Positions 34,601 through 42,914 of a stretch of 47,726 nt of DNA are shown one piece after another (position 1 is the first letter of the stretch; the number at the start of each line of letters is the position of its first letter). Location of the stretch: positions 1 through 47,726 of the forward strand of contig JACMJM010000046.1 of NCBI GenBank assembly GCA_014380615.1. Reading direction: 5' to 3'. Origin of the DNA: Sphingobacteriaceae bacterium (GTDB taxonomy: Bacteria > Bacteroidota > Bacteroidia > Sphingobacteriales > Sphingobacteriaceae). The position numbers and the translations under genes are program-made. Under the pieces are notes generated by a model. That model was not told where the DNA came from and did no database searches. It was given only the letters and a program-made list of their open reading frames with translations.

Positions 34601-37290
34601 ATAATAAGATCTCGTAATGTAATACCTACTTCGACAAGATGGGCGTTTAGAGTTAGTTCAATAGGTTTATTTAATAGCTGCCAGCATGCGGCGATTATAA
34701 CGGGTAACAATACAATAATAGTTACCATTAGTGTCCAAAACCAGGGAAGCGGCAGCACCGACCAGCCAAGCATCAGAAGCAGAATTAGTGAAACCGGAAG
34801 AATACTTCTTCGCAGGTTATCCAGAATTTTCCAGCGCGACAAAGCAGATATCGGATTTGACCTGAGACCGCCCTCCCCTCCGATTATAAATGGCAACATC
34901 CAGGCTGCTATCTGCCAGTCGCCCCTTATCCAGCGATGATGGCGCCTGATATCCGCGCTGTATTGCGCCGGACCGTCTTCGTATAATAAAACATCGCTTA
35001 TTAAACCCGACCTGGTATAGCAACCCTCGAGTAAATCGTGACTCAAAATGCGATTTTCAGGAAAAACCCCGTGAACGGCACGCTCAAAAACGTCTACATC
35101 ATAAATACCTTTACCTATAAACGATCCCTCTTCAAAAACATCCTGATACACGTCTGAGGATACGCGGGTATAAGGGTCAATTCCGGTAACGTTGCCCTGC
35201 ATACGCAGATATAAGGAAGTAGCCGTTTTGGGAATACTGGACGCAACACGAGGCTGAAGAATACCATAGCCTTCGGTTACCCGCTTTTTAGAAACATTAA
35301 ATACCGCCTGATTAAGCGGATGCGCCATGGTAGCTATAAATTTCCAGGCGGCATCCCTCGGCAACTGCGTATCTGAGTCGAGCGTTATAACGTATTTTAC
35401 ATTGCTTAAAAGAATAGTATTTCCAACCACGGCCGAAAATTCATTCGTACCACGGCCTCTTAAAAAGGCGTTCAGAGCTGATAGCTTTCCTCTTTTACGT
35501 TCATATCCCATCCATACTTTTTCGGATGGATTAAACGTACGAGGGCGGTGAAAAAGGAAAAAGGTATCGCCTTCGGAGGGGTTATATTTTTGATTGAGTG
35601 CCTCTATGCTCTTTGTGGCGGCCGCTACCAGGTCATCGTCGCCGGGCATGGTTTCGCTTTTGGCGTCTGTAAAATCTGTAAGGAGGGCAAAATGCAAGTT
35701 CTCTTCTTTATTTGCCAGAAAACGGATCTCCAGGCCTTCTATCAGTTCTTCAACATAGCTCAGGCTTGAAAGCATAGTCGGAATTACTACCATGCTTCGG
35801 TATTCGGTAGGAATTCCTTCCGAAAAATCCATCCGCGGTAAAAGGAAAGGCCTTACCCATATAGTAGAAAACCAGTTCACTAAAGAAACCGCCAGTTGCG
35901 AAGATCCGATAAAAGCGAGAATAGCCACTACAGATAACATCGCCCAGCCCTGGGCACCATTTATATAGGCTAATGCCCACATTGCTACGGCTCCTGATAC
36001 GGCTAGAATAACTATAGCAAAAAAATAAAGGAATACGGGAAACTCCCGGAGCGTACGGTTGAGCTTTTTCTTGATGGTGTAGCGCATTTTAGACGCTCGT
36101 TCGGCTTCCTTAAGGCCCTTATCAACCAAATAATAACCCAAATGCTTTTTCCGCCCACCCATTTCGGCAGATTCATGGGGCTTTTCGGTAAGGTTGAGTA
36201 CTATTTGCGCAACTTCTGTTTCTGAGAATAAAGAATTTTTAGAAATAGACTCTACAACATGCCGATACCTGTCGCGTGTGGCAAAGTCCATCAGCGGATA
36301 AACGCCTGTTGTATCCTGTCGTAAAACCTGTTCAACGCTGCTAAGTGTTTCTACAAATTCGCGCCAGTCGTTAGCCCCGATAAAACGAAGGGTGCCGATA
36401 CTATTACGCACCGAAACTTGGTCTGAAGCTTGTTTTTGTGTTTCCTGGCGGATAAGATCGCTGCTGCTTACACCCAATGCGGATAGCTGTTGTTCCATCC
36501 AACTTAAAGGAAGTGCCAACGCAGGCCCTTTTCCCTGTAGCGCACGGGTAAAACCAGCAACAAATGCTGAATTCAGTATAGGTTTAGACCTTGCCATATC
36601 CGCAATACTGAGAATTAGATTCCCGGGCTGTTCCTTAACGGTTGTAAGCATATTCCCCGCCCAGTAGTCGGCCATGTTCTGGTCAATCATATCTAATGCG
36701 ATCAAACCCGCTACTCTCCTAAGATTTTCGATTATGGCAAGGCGCACCATAATGGGGATAGCCCATAATTCGCCCAGGGTAAGAATAGTATGTGTTTGAT
36801 AAGCGGCGATAAAACTACTCAGGCTGTTTACATCAACGCGGCCATCGCTGTGCGAGATAAGCTCGAGTACAATATCATAAACGCGTGGTATACCGGTTCC
36901 CAGATAAGGCAAGCCTTCGCTATACCCCTTAGGTAAATGCTTCCTGGCTATAACAACCTGCTCTTCAATAAGATAAAAATTATCGAGCAGCCATTCGGCA
37001 CCTGGCGTAATATCACTACCCTGCCTGATTCCCTCTACAAGCATATTTCGCACGTCGAGTAATGATTTCTCATTGGCGTCGAGCCTTTTCAGCAACTGAT
37101 CTGAGGATATCCTTTTTTGAAGTTTATGTGAGCGAGCTACCGATTTTGCGTGGAGTTCCATCTGGCCCGAACTAAAGAGTTCTGAATGGAAGCGCAGATC
37201 ATCATCACTGGTTCTCATAGTATCGTCTTTTTGAAAGGTACTGCGAAGGCCTGATAACATGTCGAAAACGGTGGTGGTGATGTCTTTCAT
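28630..37290 (-). CDS. Cyclic beta-1,2-glucan synthase (Cgs/NdvB/ChvB-type; N-terminal GT84 glycosyltransferase with 6 TM helices, central duplicated domain, C-terminal GH94-like phosphorylase domain)
   Basis: The 2886-aa size is characteristic. The N-terminal region carries GELWAIPIMVRLAIIENLRR. TM helices flank a GT-A domain (VVIPTMLSS..., ITLDSDTQLPRDAAW as the DxD region). A duplicated beta-sandwich/(alpha/alpha)6 region is present (RNIAVTRWREDTTKDDRGIFCYIKD... and GFGTVISESGSAYTWAVNAHEYRITPW...). The C-terminal GH94-type motif is GAGDWNDGMDQVG. Confidence 0.85.
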   Translation of the reverse strand: MKDITTTVFDMLSGLRSTFQKDDTMRTSDDDLRFHSELFSSGQMELHAKSVARSHKLQKRISSDQLLKRLDANEKSLLDVRNMLVEGIRQGSDITPGAEWLLDNFYLIEEQVVIARKHLPKGYSEGLPYLGTGIPRVYDIVLELISHSDGRVDVNSLSSFIAAYQTHTILTLGELWAIPIMVRLAIIENLRRVAGLIALDMIDQNMADYWAGNMLTTVKEQPGNLILSIADMARSKPILNSAFVAGFTRALQGKGPALALPLSWMEQQLSALGVSSSDLIRQETQKQASDQVSVRNSIGTLRFIGANDWREFVETLSSVEQVLRQDTTGVYPLMDFATRDRYRHVVESISKNSLFSETEVAQIVLNLTEKPHESAEMGGRKKHLGYYLVDKGLKEAERASKMRYTIKKKLNRTLREFPVFLYFFAIVILAVSGAVAMWALAYINGAQGWAMLSVVAILAFIGSSQLAVSLVNWFSTIWVRPFLLPRMDFSEGIPTEYRSMVVIPTMLSSLSYVEELIEGLEIRFLANKEENLHFALLTDFTDAKSETMPGDDDLVAAATKSIEALNQKYNPSEGDTFFLFHRPRTFNPSEKVWMGYERKRGKLSALNAFLRGRGTNEFSAVVGNTILLSNVKYVITLDSDTQLPRDAAWKFIATMAHPLNQAVFNVSKKRVTEGYGILQPRVASSIPKTATSLYLRMQGNVTGIDPYTRVSSDVYQDVFEEGSFIGKGIYDVDVFERAVHGVFPENRILSHDLLEGCYTRSGLISDVLLYEDGPAQYSADIRRHHRWIRGDWQIAAWMLPFIIGGEGGLRSNPISALSRWKILDNLRRSILPVSLILLLMLGWSVLPLPWFWTLMVTIIVLLPVIIAACWQLLNKPIELTLNAHLVEVGITLRDLIIRFVFGLAVLPYEAFKNLDAIVRTNWRMFVSGKKLLQWTPSATISAPLNYTVWFEYQTMWITPFLSVAGLVILSLINSNAVIVASPILILWFFAPAIAWLLSKPEKEESPDFSPEQLTFLHQSARKTWSFFENFVSAQENWLPPDNFQEHPAAVIAHRTSPTNMGLALLANLGAYDFGYITASQLASRCDNTLRSMLALERYKGHFYNWYDTLSLTPLHPRYVSTVDSGNLAGHLLTLRQGLLAVPWQPIFSKQVFHGFITTTEIIQGLSNPHENGLIEEIQALLDTALLSENATLSSVKKDLSNLALLSGKLVEQEDAESELYKWAVRLSDQVNYILNDLLKLVPWLEMPLPDNLTYLDVIPSLSDIKGVQSDVVIEGFKKAGETNIEWLTKFATLLETGGRYAESQILLLEKLSGQCEELSEIEYDFLYDKSTNLLRIGYNVDDQRKDDSFYDLLASEARLGIFVAIAQGKLPQESWFALGRLLTNSGGDPILLSWSGSMFEYLMPQLVMPSYENTLLHQTSKATVKRQIEYATQRGVPWGISESGYNTVDANLNYQYRAFGVPGLGLKRGLEEDLVIAPYATMLALMVSPVKACANLQLLSREGFEGEHGFFEAIDYTASRLPRGKTNSIVRSYMVHHQGMGFLSLAYVLLNKPMQQRFAAELRFQATLLLLQERIPRTTLFYAHTADIIETHTTESNIQVRNIRTPNTPVPEIQLLSNGNYQVMISNSGGGYSRWRNIAVTRWREDTTKDDRGIFCYIKDVKSGVFWSNTYQPTLHPAKNYEATFSQGHVEFRRNDFGIDTRTEIVVSPEDDTEMRRIRITNKGQVVKVLEVTSYAEIVMASQPSDEAHPAFSNLFVQTEIMEEQNAVLCTRRPRSEGETPPWMFHMMDVRGAAAEAISFETDRMQFTGRGKTLAHPQAMDTSSLSGKQGSVLDPILSIRYRVTIRPNQTITFDLIYGISETKDACIALMYKYHDRHLKNRAFELSWTHSQVLLRQINATEGDAQLYGRLASSVIYGNANLRAEASVIQNNFRGQSWLWSHSVSGDLPIVLLHIYDAESMELVRQMVQAHAYWRLKGLAVDLVIWNEDHGTYRQVLQDQILGLITAEVNTNLTHNTPGTIYVKSVDQLSSEDRILFESVARVIIYDNRGTLSEQVNSRQSDRVLPALIEPKIIINQPVSQTLALPDGLLFFNGTGGFTPDGKEYKITVNGSQTTPAPWVNVIANPGFGTVISESGSAYTWAVNAHEYRITPWSNDPVSDTGGEAFYLRDEETGDFWSPSAFPANGSSPYIITHGFGYSTFEHIENGIATEMCVFAHKELPVKFIVLTIKNQSGREGKFSATGFIEAVLGDVRSKTHMHIVSEQDPNTGAVLLRNRYNSAFAERVTFFKVDGGVNFSYTADRTEFIGRNRTLHEPQAMYRKRLSGKTGAAVDPCAALQVKFDLLDGAEKEIIFMLGNGENTQAASALIRKFTVREMVIEALREVKEYWNDTLGKVQVNTPDMALNVLANGWLTYQTMACRMFARSGFYQSGGAFGFRDQLQDVLALLHNRPDMAREQILLSASRQFAEGDVQHWWHPPEGRGVRTRCSDDMLWLPFVVSRYVSATGDTAILNSSVGFLESRTLFEDEETLYDLPVSAGMQASLYEHCKRAIMVSLRFGTHGLPFIGAGDWNDGMDQVGLRGKGESVWLAFFLYDVLSKFTSVAEGFGDTIFAERCQAEALKLQTNIEESGWDGEWYRRAYFDDGSPLGSAQNVECRIDAIAQSWSVLSGAANEGRRAQGMASLNKYLVKTDLKLIQLLDPPFDSKGPNPGYIRGYVPGVRENGGQYSHAAIWTLMAFAALGQRKKVYELFNLVQPLNHALDADAVQVYKVEPYVMAADVYANESHKGRGGWTWYTGSAGWMYQFITGSLLGIELRHNNLIFKPCFPLSWPSVNVIYKYGRTVYKITVFQLNEGSSYSKTGSIKTEGNVLQLVDDGLTHDVEMYCEAG

Positions 37291-37625
37291 AAAAACAAAC
37301 TGATATTTATCACGGGATTATGATAAAATATCTGGAATTATTAATGCCTGAATACAGATAATGTTTTAGAGGATAGTGTTAACAAACCCGTTTGGCCAGA
37401 AAAACCAGCCTAATTTACAATGGCAAAGTAATAGCTTAAAGATAGGATATTAATAGGCATTTACAGTAATACAAGTATTTTACCCGGTTTTTTTTTCGGA
37501 TTATAGGAAACGTCATCATAGCCAACCTGTTAGCGAAGTTTATAAATTCATAATTAAACCGAGGGGGGGGAGGTACGGTGCTATAATTAGAATTCGAAAG
37601 TTCTTAAATAAAATATATTCAGCAC

Positions 37626-38021
37626 TTAAACTTTTTCATAAACCTTCGATTCGGGAAGGCTTACAAGTTCAACATCCTGCTCTTCGTTTTGATTTACCCG
37701 CCTCGAATTTAAAAACAGGTAATAATATGCCATAACCAACACACCCGACACAAAGAATACGGTTGCGTAAGGCCTTGTTGTATCATCGTAGAAAAATTCG
37801 CCGATCATCCAAACGCTATTGGCGCATACCCAGCAACAAACCGCTATGTTATGAAATAGCTCTGTAATAATTTTCCTGGTACGCCAGGTGATAAAAAACG
37901 CCACCAGAATGGTAGGAAGGATCATAAAAACACCCAAAATCTGGAAGTCCATCACCCAGCAACTATCTTTTAGCAACCACAAAAAAATATGAACATTTTC
38001 TACTCTACGAACCGATTTCAT
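37626..38021 (-). CDS. Small 4-TM membrane protein, hypothetical
   Basis: The 131-aa product has about four hydrophobic helices (LGVFMILPTILVAFFITW; IAVCCWVCANSVWMIGEFF; TVFFVSGVLVMAYYYLFL). No family is recognised. Confidence 0.45.
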   Translation of the reverse strand: MKSVRRVENVHIFLWLLKDSCWVMDFQILGVFMILPTILVAFFITWRTRKIITELFHNIAVCCWVCANSVWMIGEFFYDDTTRPYATVFFVSGVLVMAYYYLFLNSRRVNQNEEQDVELVSLPESKVYEKV

Positions 38022-38196
38022 TTAATACGCTATAACTATTGGGAACATTCTACGAATACTCAATACAAGAATTTCTAAATATTGAAGGTTTGAATATACA
38101 AAAAATCCTAATACACGACAGGAAATTTAAGAGTTTACCAAAACCACTTTAAATAATATTTTGCTTACACCCAACATATCCTTCCGGTATATCAGA

Positions 38197-38299
38197 GAAA
38201 TCGCTTTTAAACTTTTATAGAACGTCAGACAGCGTTGGAAACAACTGTCTGACGTTGCTTTTTCTTTAAACAGTTCGCACGGTTTTCAAAAGCGATTTC
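38197..38299. repeat. Repeated intergenic palindromic element, copy B: nested inverted repeats with a plus-strand terminator-like hairpin (3' of the flotillin gene)
   Basis: Outer IR gaaatcgctttt (38197-38208) / aaaagcgatttc (38288-38299), 12 bp perfect. Inner hairpin aacgtcagacag (38221-38232) / ctgtctgacgtt (38245-38256), 12 bp perfect, 12-nt loop, followed by gctttttcttt. Confidence 0.6.
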
Positions 38300-38326
38300 C
38301 CTGTCGGGTATATGGGTGAAATTAAT

Positions 38327-40261
38327 TTAAACCTTAGCCACCGGATCGGCCCGCAATTCTTTAAGATCCTCTTTTTTCCCAGGATTCATCATCTCCATTA
38401 ACTTCAAGCCAAGCATCCCTTCTATGGCGGAACCATTACCACCATTTGCGCCAATCAGCACATCCGGAATTAGCTTTATATTTCCTTTTGAAAGCTCCTC
38501 AGTAATTTTGTAACGGGTAAAGTTTTCGCCACCTAAAGCCTTAACCGCTAATTGATAAGCTTCGGCAGTAGATTTGCCTACAGCAAGTATTTTACCTGCG
38601 TCGGCTGTACCTGTTAATGATATTTGTTCGGCCTCGGCTGATGCACGAAGTTTAATCGCTTCAGACTCTGCTACCGCTCTGGCTTTTGTAGCCTCGGCTT
38701 CGGCATGTGCCCGCATTTTGGTGGCTTCCGCCTCGGCCCCTACAGCTAGTTTAACACCTGCGGCATCTCCTTCAGATTTTTTAACGGTTGCGCTAGCTGT
38801 TTTTTCGGCTATTTCAACACTCTGTTGTGCCTTAACAATATCCTTTTGCATATCCGCAATAGCGGTTTCTTTTTCCATACCCTGCCTTTGTTCCTGAGCT
38901 TGTTTTTGAGTGTCGTAAGTTACTCGCTGCTCCTCCGCGATTTTTCGGTCGGTTAAAGTTTTCATAAGCGATTCGGGCGGAACAATATCCCCTATCAGCG
39001 TATCTACGGCATTTACATTATATTCATCCAGCACCTTTCTGATGTGTTCACGGGCCGACTCTTGTCTTTCTTTACGGGTGCTTAAGAAAGCGATTACATC
39101 ACTGTCCTGTGCAGAATTTCGGAAATAGTTACCAATGGTGGGTTCGAGAACCTGCGAAACAAGGTTAACCATGTTCCCGAAACGGGCAATAACTTTCGGA
39201 GCCTCGGTGGTAGGTACGTGAATAATCTGCGCCACATCGAGGTTGAACGGAAAACCATCTTTTGATCGAACAGTTATAGTAGACAAGTTCTTATCCAGGT
39301 TATGAGCTTCACTTCTTGCGGCTGCCCAGTTCAATACAAGATTGGTGGTAGGAACTAATTCTACTTTCATAGTGTATTTGTTGATGGGATATTTACCCGG
39401 GCCGAGTGGCTGAAGCCAAACACCTTTTGAACCTTTCTCAACAATATTTCCATGCTTAAAATCATCTCCTGTAAGATCCGGGCCGTCATGTCCGATGTAC
39501 GAAATCACCACCCCGACAAACCCTATAGGGATTTCTGTCATTGGAGTTTCTTCCAATTGAATGGCCCATGGATTAAGATTGTACGAACCCGCTAAAATTA
39601 CCTGAGGCTGCAATCCGCGGTTACCCCCGTTTAAAATGAATTTATCAAAGTCCTGAAAGTTATTATGGCCTTCTACCAGCTTACCTGCAATCTGTCCGGC
39701 TTCAATGGGTAAACCGTCTAAAGTGGTAACAATACCTACCATACTTTCCTGAATTCTGATCATATCGGTAACCGACACTTGAAACAGCATGGTATTGATA
39801 CGGTATGAGCCGGATGTTATATAGGATGTTTGCCGTCCTCTCTGTCCGCCGTTTTCCAGAAATTTTACCGCATCCTGAAAGTTATCAGAGTCGACATTTT
39901 TTCCGAGTATATTGCCGGTTGGTATTTCTGAACCGTCTTTCGCAAGTACTAACCCGATTTTACCTTCCGGTATTACTGTAAAAAGCTCCATGGTTACATC
40001 AAACTGCCAGAACCACATCCAGAAATAAATTCCGGGAGCGAGTGTTCTGCCCTGAAAACCTGCCTCACCCAGTGTGGCAATAATGCGCCCGTCGGGCAAT
40101 TCTTTATTTTTTCCGAACAGAACAAATTTTTTGGTTACCAAACCTATTTTATCCTCTGGCACTATGACCATTCCGAATAAAAATCTTAGAACGAATTTGT
40201 ACAACACGATAACAACGATGAGTGCAAGCACCCACCAATAATGTAACATTGGATTTTCCAT
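38327..40261 (-). CDS. Flotillin-like SPFH/band-7 protein (FloT/YqiK family)
   Basis: An N-terminal TM helix (YWWVLALIVVIVLYKFVL) precedes an SPFH domain. A long C-terminal coiled coil has the flotillin-typical Ala/Glu repeat (AVGAEAEATKMRAHAEAEATKARAVAESEAIKLRASAEAEQ). The 644-aa length also fits. Confidence 0.8.
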   Translation of the reverse strand: MENPMLHYWWVLALIVVIVLYKFVLRFLFGMVIVPEDKIGLVTKKFVLFGKNKELPDGRIIATLGEAGFQGRTLAPGIYFWMWFWQFDVTMELFTVIPEGKIGLVLAKDGSEIPTGNILGKNVDSDNFQDAVKFLENGGQRGRQTSYITSGSYRINTMLFQVSVTDMIRIQESMVGIVTTLDGLPIEAGQIAGKLVEGHNNFQDFDKFILNGGNRGLQPQVILAGSYNLNPWAIQLEETPMTEIPIGFVGVVISYIGHDGPDLTGDDFKHGNIVEKGSKGVWLQPLGPGKYPINKYTMKVELVPTTNLVLNWAAARSEAHNLDKNLSTITVRSKDGFPFNLDVAQIIHVPTTEAPKVIARFGNMVNLVSQVLEPTIGNYFRNSAQDSDVIAFLSTRKERQESAREHIRKVLDEYNVNAVDTLIGDIVPPESLMKTLTDRKIAEEQRVTYDTQKQAQEQRQGMEKETAIADMQKDIVKAQQSVEIAEKTASATVKKSEGDAAGVKLAVGAEAEATKMRAHAEAEATKARAVAESEAIKLRASAEAEQISLTGTADAGKILAVGKSTAEAYQLAVKALGGENFTRYKITEELSKGNIKLIPDVLIGANGGNGSAIEGMLGLKLMEMMNPGKKEDLKELRADPVAKV

Positions 40262-40461
40262 GATTTGTGATTTTAAGTTTATTTTTATAGGGTTTAGAAA
40301 GCTTTTTATCAGCTATTAAGAAAGCTGGTGTCGTGTTGTTGTACTATATCAGCCTGGGCGGAGTTGAAGCCCAAACGAATTACCCTTCGACAGAGCCTGT
40401 ACTGAGCTTTACGAAGTACTTATGGCCACAATCAACACGACTTTTTATCGTTAACCCGCCC

Positions 40462-40848
40462 CTAAGGCGAATCCTGAAATCCTGAATAAACGATTACATC
40501 GCCAACTTGTAATTGCGTGACCTCGTAAGTATTTGTCATGGGATGAAAGTGGCTAAAAAAGCCTGGTTTTAAATAGGAAACGACCACTTCTTTATTAACC
40601 AGATTCTTCGTCAAAGTGTCTGAATTTAATCCCATACTATCCGCTTGAGCGATAGAATACACTCCTCGGGTGTTATAAAAAGACAGCACTAAATTATTTA
40701 ATCCACCCTGCTTCACACCTGTCGCGATTGCTGTAAAAACGATGCTGTTTTGCCTGGTAACCGGCAAGGGCTTAATAATGAAGAATATTACGACTATAAA
40801 TATTAAGCCGGTAGTTATGGGCCAAAAGTATTTTAAAAATTTATACAT
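40462..40848 (-). CDS. Small membrane-anchored protein upstream of the flotillin gene; possible short NfeD/YuaF-like partner
   Basis: The 128-aa product has an N-terminal TM (ITTGLIFIVVIFFIIKPL) followed by a beta-rich soluble domain (VVVSYLKPGFF...VGDVIVYSGF). It sits immediately 5' of the flotillin gene in the same orientation, as in yuaF-floT type operons. Homology is not established. Confidence 0.4.
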   Translation of the reverse strand: MYKFLKYFWPITTGLIFIVVIFFIIKPLPVTRQNSIVFTAIATGVKQGGLNNLVLSFYNTRGVYSIAQADSMGLNSDTLTKNLVNKEVVVSYLKPGFFSHFHPMTNTYEVTQLQVGDVIVYSGFQDSP

Positions 40849-40892
40849 GTCAATCGTATCTAAATTTTAAGAGCCTGCTAAAATTATAAGTA

Positions 40893-42830
40893 CTATCCTA
40901 TCCTCTTCAACTGTATTCTTTTGGTATGGTCGATAATTAAGGGAACCTTTTCTACCGCTACAGAGCTTAAATCGAGGCCAAAGTTCTTTTCATCAGACAG
41001 GCTTAACTTTTTAAGCATTTGGTGATAAATTATAATTGATCGCTCGATAAATCCCAGACTGGCCGAATTAGTTATTACCTTTTCGATAACCACAAACCTA
41101 AAGTCTCCGGCGATATTAAATTCTCTTAGCGATGGGTAGTTACTTAGAATCTCTACCTCCGATTCCTTAACCAAATCTTCTACAACCGTTCGAAAGAGGA
41201 TATTGATTCTTTGATCTGCCTTAAATCCCAATTTAAAATCGACCCTGATAAGCTGCTTAGGGATAAATGAAGTTACTTTATACTCCATGGTATAAGGTTC
41301 GTCGGTAACATCAACATGCAAAAGCCAGTAAACATCTGCCCTTTTTGGGTTTTTTTGAATTATTGAGTAGATAATGGATTGCTCGATTTCGCTTTTAAAG
41401 TTAGCACTGGTAAGGTATACCAAATGCGAGGCATATTTAGGAACCGTGGTATCTTTGCTGAGTTTACTTATTACGGGGAAGTATTTATCAATCTCCACGA
41501 ACTTCATATAGCGGTTTCTGATTTGGCGGCCGTTAGACCATGCCCACATAACCGAAAATAAAATTGCGCCCAGAATAACGGTAAACCAGCCACCATGCAA
41601 TATTCTGGGGAGATTACCGGCCAGGAAGGTTAACTCGATTATGCCGTAAATGATGAGAAACATAACAACAAGATATAGGGGATAGTGCTTTCGGCGGAGG
41701 AAAACCGCTACCAGAATAGTTGTCATTAACATGGTGATAGTAATAGACAAACCGTAGGCATGTTCCATACTATCAGAGTCGCGAAAAATAAACAACACCA
41801 CCATACAGCCAACCCACAAAATCCAGTTCATTGAAGGGACATAGATTTGGCCTTTTTGCAGCGAGGGAAAGTTAATTTTTACTTTGGGCCAAAGGTTTAA
41901 CCTTACCGCTTCCGCAATCAAAGTAAACGAACCCGATATCAAGGCCTGGCTTGCGATGATAGCCGCAAGAGTGGCTACCGCGATTCCGTATATTAAGAAC
42001 CAATGAGGCATTATGCTGTAAAATGGAACTCTGCCTTCCAAATAGTGGCCCTGTTGCTGCCAAAGCCAAACTCCCTGTCCAAAATAATTAAGCAACAGGC
42101 AGGTTTTAACATAAATCCAGCTGATTCTGATATTGGCCCGTCCGCAATGCCCTAAGTCAGAATATAAGGCCTCCGCTCCAGTTGTACAAAGAAATACCCC
42201 GCCGATAATAAGAAATGCCTGAGGGTGAGTTGTGAGGGTATGATAGGCGTAATAAGGGTTAATACTTTTCAGGATTCCGGGAAACTGCGTTAAGTAAGAG
42301 AGCCCTAAAACCGCAATCATTGTAAACCAAATCCACATGATAGGCCCGAATGCTTTTCCAATAATAGAGGTTCCAAACTGTTGAACAATGAAGATAACCG
42401 AGAGAATTATGATTACGATAGGTATGGTAGGGATATTCGGATACCGAAGGGCAAGTCCTTCTATAGCGGCCGAAACTGTAAACGGAGGTGTAATTATACC
42501 ATCGGCCAAAAGAGCCGCACCACCAACAGCCGCCGGAATTATCAGCCATTTACCCTTATTTTTAACCAGCGAGAAAAGTGAAAATATTCCGCCTTCACCC
42601 TTATTGTCGGCCTGAAGTGTTATGATAACGTACTTTATGGTTGTTTGTAGGGTAAGCGTCCAAAACACGCACGATAATCCGCCCAGTATAAGTTCGGGTG
42701 TTATCAGCCTGGGGCCGATTATAGATTTGAATACATATAGAGGAGAAGTGCCGATATCTCCGTAAATAATACCTAAGCTAATTAATAGGCCGGCGGCTGA
42801 TAATTTATGTACATGTTTATGAGTACCCAT
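40893..42830 (-). CDS. kup: KUP/HAK/KT family potassium uptake transporter
   Basis: GLLISLGIIYGDIGTSPLYVFKSI is the hallmark GD(I/V)GTSPLY motif. There are about 12 TM helices plus a ~200-aa cytoplasmic C-terminal domain. The length is 645 aa. Confidence 0.9.
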   Translation of the reverse strand: MGTHKHVHKLSAAGLLISLGIIYGDIGTSPLYVFKSIIGPRLITPELILGGLSCVFWTLTLQTTIKYVIITLQADNKGEGGIFSLFSLVKNKGKWLIIPAAVGGAALLADGIITPPFTVSAAIEGLALRYPNIPTIPIVIIILSVIFIVQQFGTSIIGKAFGPIMWIWFTMIAVLGLSYLTQFPGILKSINPYYAYHTLTTHPQAFLIIGGVFLCTTGAEALYSDLGHCGRANIRISWIYVKTCLLLNYFGQGVWLWQQQGHYLEGRVPFYSIMPHWFLIYGIAVATLAAIIASQALISGSFTLIAEAVRLNLWPKVKINFPSLQKGQIYVPSMNWILWVGCMVVLFIFRDSDSMEHAYGLSITITMLMTTILVAVFLRRKHYPLYLVVMFLIIYGIIELTFLAGNLPRILHGGWFTVILGAILFSVMWAWSNGRQIRNRYMKFVEIDKYFPVISKLSKDTTVPKYASHLVYLTSANFKSEIEQSIIYSIIQKNPKRADVYWLLHVDVTDEPYTMEYKVTSFIPKQLIRVDFKLGFKADQRINILFRTVVEDLVKESEVEILSNYPSLREFNIAGDFRFVVIEKVITNSASLGFIERSIIIYHQMLKKLSLSDEKNFGLDLSSVAVEKVPLIIDHTKRIQLKRIG

Positions 42831-42914
42831 TTTTATAATTATGTTATAGCAGTGTTATGATAAGCCTAAACCGGCCGATCGAAATCTATTTATGCTGTTA
42901 TTAAGTTTTGATAT

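Noticed and set aside
29425-36667. Numerous 60-120-aa ORFs on both strands inside the cgs-like gene
   Set aside because: All are embedded in or antisense to a continuous 8.7-kb ORF with domain hallmarks throughout. They are frame artefacts.
38574-38897. 107-aa alanine/serine-rich plus-strand ORF
   Set aside because: It is antisense to the flotillin Ala/Glu coiled-coil repeat. The GCn-rich repeat DNA generates an open alanine-rich frame on the opposite strand.
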